Source of the DNA: Bacillus sp. DJP31 | GTDB taxonomy: Bacteria > Bacillota > Bacilli > Bacillales > SA4 | Direction: 5' to 3' | Length of the DNA: 24,000 nt | Assembly (NCBI RefSeq): GCF_049310945.1 | Contig: NZ_JBMERO010000010.1 | Span: 118,070 to 142,069 of the forward strand | Shown here: positions 17,337-23,085 of the stretch, in pieces | How positions within the stretch are numbered: the stretch's first letter is position 1 | How the letters are laid out: every line of letters begins with the position of its first letter | Notes under the pieces: model-generated | The model's input: the letters and a program-made list of their open reading frames with translations, nothing else | Told to the model about the DNA's origin: nothing | Database searches by the model: none | Position numbers and translations under genes: made by a program

Positions 17337-18565
17337 TTACTTCGTTTTCCGATGAGACGCACCATAACGAATACCCATAAATTCTGCTAAATCTTTATCC
17401 ATTGTAACTAGATCTTCGCGGCTTAGCTCGTTTAATTGCTTCTTTCCCATCACCTGAAGAGCACCTTTTATTTCTTCTGTACATGACTTCAAGAAATTAG
17501 CGAGATCTTTAGCTCCTTCTTCAGGGTCAAACTCATCTTGTAGCTTTCCTGAGTATAAAGCTAACTGTGGAGGTGGCATATTTGGGAGTGCTTTAGTCAT
17601 CTGACTCTGCAGTGTAGCCATTAATGCGATAGATCCAATATATACGGCATCTGCTCCTATTGCTAGTGCCTTTATAAAATGTCCTGGGGTCGTAAGTCCT
17701 CCAGCAGCAATAATTTGAACCTTATCTTTTAGGTTGTGTTCTTTCAGCCAGTCAACTGCTCGTACTAACGCATGTAATGTCGGAAGTCCAATATCATCTT
17801 CAAACGTAGGTGGGGCACCTGCTGTACCACCATAGTCTGACTTTAAACGATTAATTAAATTGATAATATCTTGGCTAGACTCAACATTAGGGAATCTTGG
17901 CTGAATGGTAGAATCTTCTCCTTCTTTAAGATCCCACGTTTCTCTTAAATGGTCTCCAATATCCTGCGCCTTTGTTTTAATTTCAGCCGCGCCGCCCCAA
18001 GCACCTTGTCCGAGTTGAACTTCAATCGCATCTAAGTGTTTTAAGTCTTCCTCCTTCATTCTCATTGCACGATTATATTGACCAATTAGAATTTTGGCAT
18101 TATCTCTTTCTTCATTTGTAAGTCCTGTCTCGCCTGTGTTTGTAGATGTTCCTGCCAATGATGTTCCTTTAGCAATTGCCATTCTCATCTTTAAACTTAA
18201 CGAGCCACCGTAAGACATTCCAGTTAACATAATAGGAGTATCTAATTCGAGTGGTTTCTTCGTATTTGGGCCAATAACCGTTTTTGTTTGAACATCTTTT
18301 TTACTTTTAGTTGGAAGTTCAAAGAGCTGTCTAGGGTTCAAAAGAACTTTCTCCCAAGGTGATAATACATTAGGCTCCCAATTGGTCGCTTTAGTTCTTT
18401 TCCTGTCTGTGCTCTCATCCCTGCTGCCATTATCGCTTTTGGTGTAAGCTTTGTAGCAATTGTCATCATTAGAAATGGATTTTCTTCATATTTACTCGTT
18501 AGCATTTTTTTCATCGCTGCATCCATCGTAGGATCCATTAGATATAACATCATCTTTTCAATCAT
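17337..18565 (-). pseudogene. FMN-binding glutamate-synthase-family protein (PF01645-like), -1 frameshift near 18373 and apparent internal deletion
   Basis: ORF 18338..18565 ends ...KRPIGSLMYYHLGRKFF*. The next frame reads LSPWEKVLLNPRQLFELPT and continues into ORF 17337..18341. Restoring one C in GGGAGC-C(C)T-AAT gives GSPNVLSPWEKVLLNPRQ. Family motifs present: MSYGGSLS, NTGETG, QLGQGA, GGTAGAP, GLPTL, AAGGL. Confidence 0.8.
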
Positions 18566-18744
18566 CTTACTCCTCCTTTATCAACAAAAGTATTTTTACC
18601 ATAATCAAGGATGTTTATGAATAAAATTTAGTAAGTATCTCCTAGAAAAACATCTATTGGAAATTTGTGGGATAGATTACATCCTTATTGAAGACTTCTA
18701 TGGAAATTATATCCCCTTTATTAATTGATTCCAAAGCATTTGTA

Positions 18745-19668
18745 TTAGACTGAATTAATAAAGGTTAATAATTTTTTTGTCATTAACTTAACTAATTCTA
18801 CAAATTCTACATAACTACACTTTAGATTTTGTGAATTCTGAATTTTAGGTAATTCTCTTAGATTTAGACTATCAGTGACAATGCCATCAATACCCATTCG
18901 CTTCATTCTTATTAGATCCTTATGTGAATGCACATCCCAAACGTATACTTTTAATCCAGCTAATTTAGTGCGAGCTATAAAGTCTGGTGTAACAGCAAAT
19001 TCTGGAGGACTTACATATTCTGCAAAATCTGCTATTTCTTTAAGCCTTGAATCTGTTAAATGGTTAACCTCAAAACCGCTCAACAAAAGACACCTAGAAA
19101 CTTCTGGTAGCAATTTTTTCATTCTCCTTAGTGACAATTTATCAAAGGTTTGCACAACAATCTCTCTCTTTTTCCCTTTCTTTTTCAATAATTTTGCTAA
19201 CTTACGCTCTATTCCAGGATATAAATCAGGATACTTTATTTCAATAAGTAAACCCACTACATTATTGTATTTTTCAATTACTTCCCTAAGAGTAGGTATT
19301 TTTTCTCCTTTAAAATGTTTATTGAACCAATATCCTGCATCAAATTGTTTTAACTCTTCAACCGTATAATCATGAACGACTCCTATACCATTTGTAGTAC
19401 GCTCTAACGAGTAATCATGAATTACAACAATTTCCCCTTCCCTACTCAATTGAATATCAAGTTCTATCATGTCATAGTTGAGTTCAATAGCCTTATTGAA
19501 CGAGGCGAATGTATTTTCCGGAGCAATTGTAGACACACCTCTATGAGCAATTAGATTAAATAGATGCTGTTCTTTACACATACTTTTTTCATAAGTCTCT
19601 ACATTTAATATTGCAACTAAAATAAAACTGATAATGATGAAGGGCATATGACTTTCTTGATAATTCAA
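18745..19668 (-). CDS. Glycerophosphodiester phosphodiesterase (GDPD family), membrane-anchored or secreted
   Basis: HRGVSTIAPENTFASFNKAIELNYDMIELDIQLSREGEIVVIHD is the GDPD catalytic N-terminus, and an N-terminal hydrophobic segment is present. TTG start at 19668 lies 5 nt after GGAAGGGG. Confidence 0.9.
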   Translation of the reverse strand: MNYQESHMPFIIISFILVAILNVETYEKSMCKEQHLFNLIAHRGVSTIAPENTFASFNKAIELNYDMIELDIQLSREGEIVVIHDYSLERTTNGIGVVHDYTVEELKQFDAGYWFNKHFKGEKIPTLREVIEKYNNVVGLLIEIKYPDLYPGIERKLAKLLKKKGKKREIVVQTFDKLSLRRMKKLLPEVSRCLLLSGFEVNHLTDSRLKEIADFAEYVSPPEFAVTPDFIARTKLAGLKVYVWDVHSHKDLIRMKRMGIDGIVTDSLNLRELPKIQNSQNLKCSYVEFVELVKLMTKKLLTFINSV

Positions 19669-20007
19669 TAAAACCCCTTCCTTTTAATAAAATTTAAAGA
19701 AAAAGCAATTACAAAGAAATTATTCCATTTGTTTTCAAATTATCTTATGAAAATCATTGTATTATTGGGAGAGGCTTTTGCCTATTTGAGTAATTAAGTA
19801 ATAATGTAAAAACAAAACCTACATAGAACATCCACTTTGTTATAGCTAATAAATTAATACATTCTTGAGCATTATTTATTGAGCCTATGGTATGAACGAA
19901 TGGTATAAAAAACTAACACCTTTATCTTAAAGTCCTATGATGAAGTATAAAAAGTAGAAGTATTAGTGCTCTAATCCCCTATAAATAAAAAGATAAGGAG
20001 GTAGATA

Positions 20008-20127
20008 ATATCAGGTTATGGATATGTAATAGGCTTTGCGTTAATCGTAGTGTTGTTTATCCTTTTAATTATTTTTGGTGCTGCTAGAGTAGGTCCGGCT
20101 ACTAACACTCATATTCATTTTAAATAG
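20008..20127 (+). pseudogene. YjcZ-like tiny transmembrane (sporulation) peptide, copy 1, with ATA where the start codon should be
   Basis: AAGGAGG (19995-20001) is followed 6 nt later by ATA TCA GGT TAT GGA TAT GTA ATA GGC TTT GCG TTA ATC GTA GTG TTG TTT ATC CTT TTA ATT ATT... This reads (I)SGYGYVIGFALIVVLFILLIIFGAA.... GFALIVVLFILLII is the YjcZ/tiny_TM_bacill core. No in-frame ATG, GTG or TTG follows the upstream TAG at 20002-20004. Confidence 0.5.
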
Positions 20128-20146
20128 TAGAGGGTGAGGTGATAAA

Positions 20147-20272
20147 TTGCGATTGGGATTTGGTTATGGTGGCTATGGTTATGAAGGTGGATTCGCGTTA
20201 ATTGTCGTTTTATTTATCCTATTAATTATTATTGGTGCTCAGGTCTTGGTCATCATGGTTAATTTAGAGTAG
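20147..20272 (+). CDS. YjcZ-like tiny transmembrane (sporulation) peptide, copy 2 (41 aa)
   Basis: GGGTGAGGTG, then TTG 20147: MRLGFGYGGYGYEGGFALIVVLFILLIIIGAQVLVIMVNLE*. A Gly/Tyr-rich N-terminus plus the GGFALIVVLFILLII core. It is too short for the supplied ORF track. Confidence 0.65.
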   Translation: MRLGFGYGGYGYEGGFALIVVLFILLIIIGAQVLVIMVNLE

Positions 20273-20397
20273 AATGGGCACTTAAAATCCATAATTATCC
20301 TCTACAGATCAAAGTAAAAAGCCTATTATACGCATCACTTCAATATATTTTGCATCTATTTATTTCTTTCGTGCATATTTACTCTCTAAGCCCTTGA

Positions 20398-20691
20398 TTC
20401 GGTTTTGCGTTTGATTGGTTAAGTAGCCATTCAGAACATACAAATGCCGTCCGTGTCCAAATTTCAGTGTTGGCCTATAATTCCCATAATTGGTTAGGAA
20501 GAACCTGTTTGCCGGACAAAGTTCGAAATCAGACGATGGAAACGATACGCACCCAAATCATTAAGATTGCGGGAAGAGTGGTTCGTTCCGCTCGCTATAT
20601 GACATTCAAATTATGCAGTAGTTGCCTATACAAAGGTGCATTCTGGCAAACATTATTGGATATCCAACAACTCCAAGTCAGAATAAACTAG
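20398..20691 (+). mobile_element. IS1380-family transposase, C-terminal remnant only (about 97 codons)
   Basis: The frame is open from 20398: FGFAFDWLSSHSEHTNAVRVQISVLAYNSHNWLGRTCLPDKVRNQTMETIRTQIIKIAGRVVRSARYMTFKLCSSC.... It matches the conserved IS1380/DDE C-terminus (SSHSF-AN-..LQI..LAYNL.NW....P......I.T.R..L.KIA.KVV.SARY..FKL.SS). There is no N-terminal or catalytic region upstream. Confidence 0.7.
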
Positions 20692-20754
20692 ATCGTTTAC
20701 TAGAGGGCACTTAAAATCTAGTTACTCAAAAAAACGAACTATTCTAGGGAGTCT

Positions 20755-20948
20755 ATGTTGATTGGTGCGGAAGGTGCGAGACTCCTTGCTAAGAGCAGAG
20801 GGACAGGTGAGACCTAGGCTTTTTCACGATAGTGAAAATAGCCCTCCATTCCCTGCGACGAGGTAGGTTTTTTCACGGTAGTGAAAATAACCTTCCTTTT
20901 TCGTCCGCCCCGCGGAAAGCGAAGCATCCTTGAGTGGAAATCAACAGG
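20755..20948 (+). repeat. Structured intergenic repeat element (Bacillus-type 'MLIGAEGARLL' pseudo-ORF repeat) with duplicated internal hairpin
   Basis: It starts ATGTTGATTGGTGCGGAAGGTGCGAGACTCC and ends CGCGGAAAGCGAAGCATCCTTGAGTGGAAATCAACAG. I recognise these termini from repeats scattered in several Bacillaceae genomes. Two internal hairpins are present: GGCTTTTTCAC-GATA-GTGAAAATAGCC (20817-20843) and AGGTTTTTTCAC-GGTA-GTGAAAATAACCT (20865-20893), 48 bp apart. Confidence 0.55.
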
Positions 20949-21119
20949 TAAATTTAACACTTACTACTTAAAATGTGGATTTTTTCAGTGGCTCGTTTAC
21001 TAGTAACCTATTTTTTTAAAAAATAGGTTCAACCAAGGGAGAAGTATGCCCATCTTTGATTAATGAGGTTATCTGATAAGAAATTCATATCCATTTAATG
21101 AAGGTGAAGTGTAAATCAA

Positions 21120-21171
21120 AAAGAAAACCCCACAAAATGTAAGTGGATTTTACTATCCCAGCATTTTGTGG
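21120..21171 (-). terminator. Hairpin plus T-tract (minus strand), distal terminator candidate for the AhpD-like gene
   Basis: CCACAAAATG (21130-21139) pairs with CATTTTGTGG (21162-21171), a perfect 10 bp stem with a 22-nt loop. On the minus strand it is followed by GGTTTTCTTTTTG. Confidence 0.4.
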
Positions 21172-21315
21172 AGTAATTTTAAGGGAAATGGCTGTTCCGT
21201 GAATAATTTGGGTGTATATGACTAGAACGTTGATTTTTATCCTATTAACACATTTTCCCCTTTTATTACATGATCAATAAGAACACCATTCTATCCTAGG
21301 AATGCTTATTTAAAC

Positions 21316-21355
21316 AAAAAAGAACATTATTCACTCTAAATAGTAAATAATGTCC
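21316..21355 (-). terminator. AT-rich hairpin plus T6, proximal terminator candidate for the AhpD-like gene
   Basis: On the minus strand ACATTATT (21353-21346) pairs with AATAATGT (21331-24), followed by TC-TTTTTT (A-run 21316-21321 on plus). It lies about 10 nt after the stop at 21364. Confidence 0.4.
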
Positions 21356-21363
21356 ATATTATT

Positions 21364-21900
21364 TTAATGATATTCTTCCTCTAGCTTCACTCCTAGACCT
21401 TCTGCCATCCTGTTAACAAAATTAAAGTAAGAAGTGATTTGACAAATATCTAATATCTCTGTATCTGTACAGCCAAGTTTTCTTAATTTCTCTACATCTT
21501 CATCTGTGACACTATGAGGCTTCTTAGTTAGCTTAACTGCATAATCCAAAATAGCTATAGTTTTGTCATCTAGCTGAACTTGTCGATAATCTTTTTTAAG
21601 GTCTTGAACAAGTTGGTTGTCTTTCGTTAATAAATGGAGCGCCGCCCCATGATGTTCCATTCAGTAAAAGCATTCATTAGTAGATGAAACAACAGTAGCA
21701 ATTGTTTCCCTCATTTTCCTACTTAACGGAGACTTTCCAAACATAATAACCTTATAATAATCCAAATGGGCTTCTAATGATTTTGCATTCAGTGAATGAA
21801 CTTTTAATATATTTGCCATCTTTCCATTAAACTTATCATACAATTCTTTTAGTTTACCTTCAGCCTCTTCGGCCTCTATCATATGAATTCTAGCTTCCAT
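21364..21900 (-). CDS. AhpD/carboxymuconolactone-decarboxylase-family 'peroxidase-related' protein with in-frame TGA at 21661-21663 (candidate selenocysteine; otherwise a nonsense pseudogene)
   Basis: The two ORF-track entries (21661..21900 and 21364..21660) share one frame and are separated only by TGA: ...VVSSTNECFY-TGA-MEHHGAALH.... Cys homologues of this family read N-x-C-x-Y-C-x-x-HH. The joined length of 178 aa fits the family. A strong RBS (GGAGGAGG) precedes only ATG 21900, and none precedes ATG 21660. Confidence 0.75.
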
Positions 21901-21980
21901 ATAAATCTTCCTCCTCCCTATAATCTAACTAACGCTTTTAGAATTACATTCAGTTTATGAAATGACTTATACTAAAGTCA

Positions 21981-22017
21981 AGGATTATAATAGGATTTTA
22001 CATCCTATTATAATCTT
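21981..22017. promoter_or_regulatory. Perfect 14-bp inverted repeat GATTATAATAGGAT-n5-ATCCTATTATAATC
   Basis: Arms at 21983-21996 and 22002-22015, read directly. On the minus strand the repeat abuts a TTGACT hexamer, about 80-115 nt upstream of the AhpD-like start. On the plus strand it is followed by TCGCTTTTTGG. Confidence 0.4.
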
Positions 22018-22132
22018 CGCTTTTTGGACTATTCGAACCTTTCATATTAAATTAAATGAATAATGACAACATAAAGTGACCTAAAACCTAGGATAGTACA
22101 GCAAAGAAAGCCGCATATTATACAACACTTCT

Positions 22133-22180
22133 GTTAATAATCTGTAATGCAAATTACAGATTATTAACTATCTTTTTATT
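22133..22180 (+). terminator. Perfect 16-bp hairpin GTTAATAATCTGTAAT-GCAA-ATTACAGATTATTAAC followed by TATCTTTTTATT (terminator/attenuator-like, or operator)
   Basis: Arms at 22133-22148 and 22153-22168 with a GCAA tetraloop and a T-rich tail on the plus strand. No plus-strand ORF lies upstream for more than 1.4 kb. The TVP38 gene starts 190 nt downstream. Confidence 0.35.
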
Positions 22181-22370
22181 ATGATTATAATAATAGGCTC
22201 TTTCTAAAAGATTGTTGTCTTTAAATAGATTACTTGAAAACAAAAACCATTTATGGTTGAAAGGAACGGAAATCAACCAAGCCTAAATACTTGTTATACA
22301 ACAACAAAGTTTGCGAAAACAGCCAAATAATATATCCATATACTTATATTCATAGAAAGGGGTGTACTTA

Positions 22371-23030
22371 TTGATAAAAAAAACCTTACTCCTCTTATTC
22401 ATTGCAACTTCTTTATTTATTCTTATTTCATTTTGGGAAGATATTTATGCTTTTTTCACACAATCTTCTTTTGTAGACATGGCTGATTATATCCGCTCAA
22501 TGGGTATTTTAGCTCCTTTAATTAGTATTCTGCTCATGATCTTTCAATCCATCGCTGCCCCCATTCCATCTTTTCTTATAACTGGTGCAAATGGGATGGT
22601 ATTTGGTTATGTTTGGGGTTCAATAATATCATGGTTTGGTGCAATGTTAGGAGCAACTGTATCTTATTATTTAGCTAGAAGGTTTGGGTTCCAGTTTGTA
22701 GAGAAACGCTTTAAAGGAGATAAGCTAAAGCCACTTTTAAATAAAATAAATGGAACGTATGGCTTTCTATTTATATTAATTTCTAGAATTTTACCAATCG
22801 TTTCATTTGACTTAATCAGTTTTCTCGCAGGTCTAAGTGGTATAAGGCTCACTACCTTTTTAGTCGCTACCGGAATTGGAATGGTTCCTGGGACAATAGC
22901 TTATACGGTTATTGGTCACGATTTTATAGATTTAGAGAAAAACCTAAATAAAATTCTAATTCTTTCGGCGACAATCATCGCAGTTTTTTTAATTGGATAT
23001 CTTGTAAAAAGAAATTTTAAAAAAATATAA
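22371..23030 (+). CDS. TVP38/TMEM64 (DedA-superfamily) membrane protein, intact paralog
   Basis: LAPLISILLMIFQSIAAPIPSFLITGANGMVFG..., ...RILPIVSFDLISFLAGLSGIRLTTFLVATGIGMVPGTIAYTVIG. TTG 22371 lies 8 nt after AAGGGG, and the GTG at 22362 in the ORF track lies inside that RBS. Confidence 0.85.
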   Translation: MIKKTLLLLFIATSLFILISFWEDIYAFFTQSSFVDMADYIRSMGILAPLISILLMIFQSIAAPIPSFLITGANGMVFGYVWGSIISWFGAMLGATVSYYLARRFGFQFVEKRFKGDKLKPLLNKINGTYGFLFILISRILPIVSFDLISFLAGLSGIRLTTFLVATGIGMVPGTIAYTVIGHDFIDLEKNLNKILILSATIIAVFLIGYLVKRNFKKI

Positions 23031-23085
23031 AGATAACTTTATAACAAAAGGCTCAGTAGTTATAGGATTACAAAAAAAATACCAT

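Noticed and set aside
21005-21029. Palindrome AACCTATTTTTT-T-AAAAAATAGGTT
   Set aside because: It is a perfect palindrome but almost entirely an A/T homopolymer with a 1-nt centre. It is located in decayed intergenic DNA with no adjacent gene, so no function is inferable.
21364-21900. Reading the locus as two independent small genes (21661..21900 and 21364..21660), as the ORF track suggests
   Set aside because: Both parts share one frame and are separated by a single TGA. The second ATG has no RBS. Each half alone is an incomplete AhpD/CMD fold, and the break falls inside the catalytic CxxC-HH motif.
21981-22017. Calling palindrome P1 a canonical PerR/Fur box
   Set aside because: The heptamers TTATAAT/ATTATAA are present, but they are arranged outward-facing with about 19 nt between them rather than the 7-1-7 architecture. 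AT-rich heptamers like these are also easy to find by chance in this genome. It is kept only as an unassigned operator candidate.
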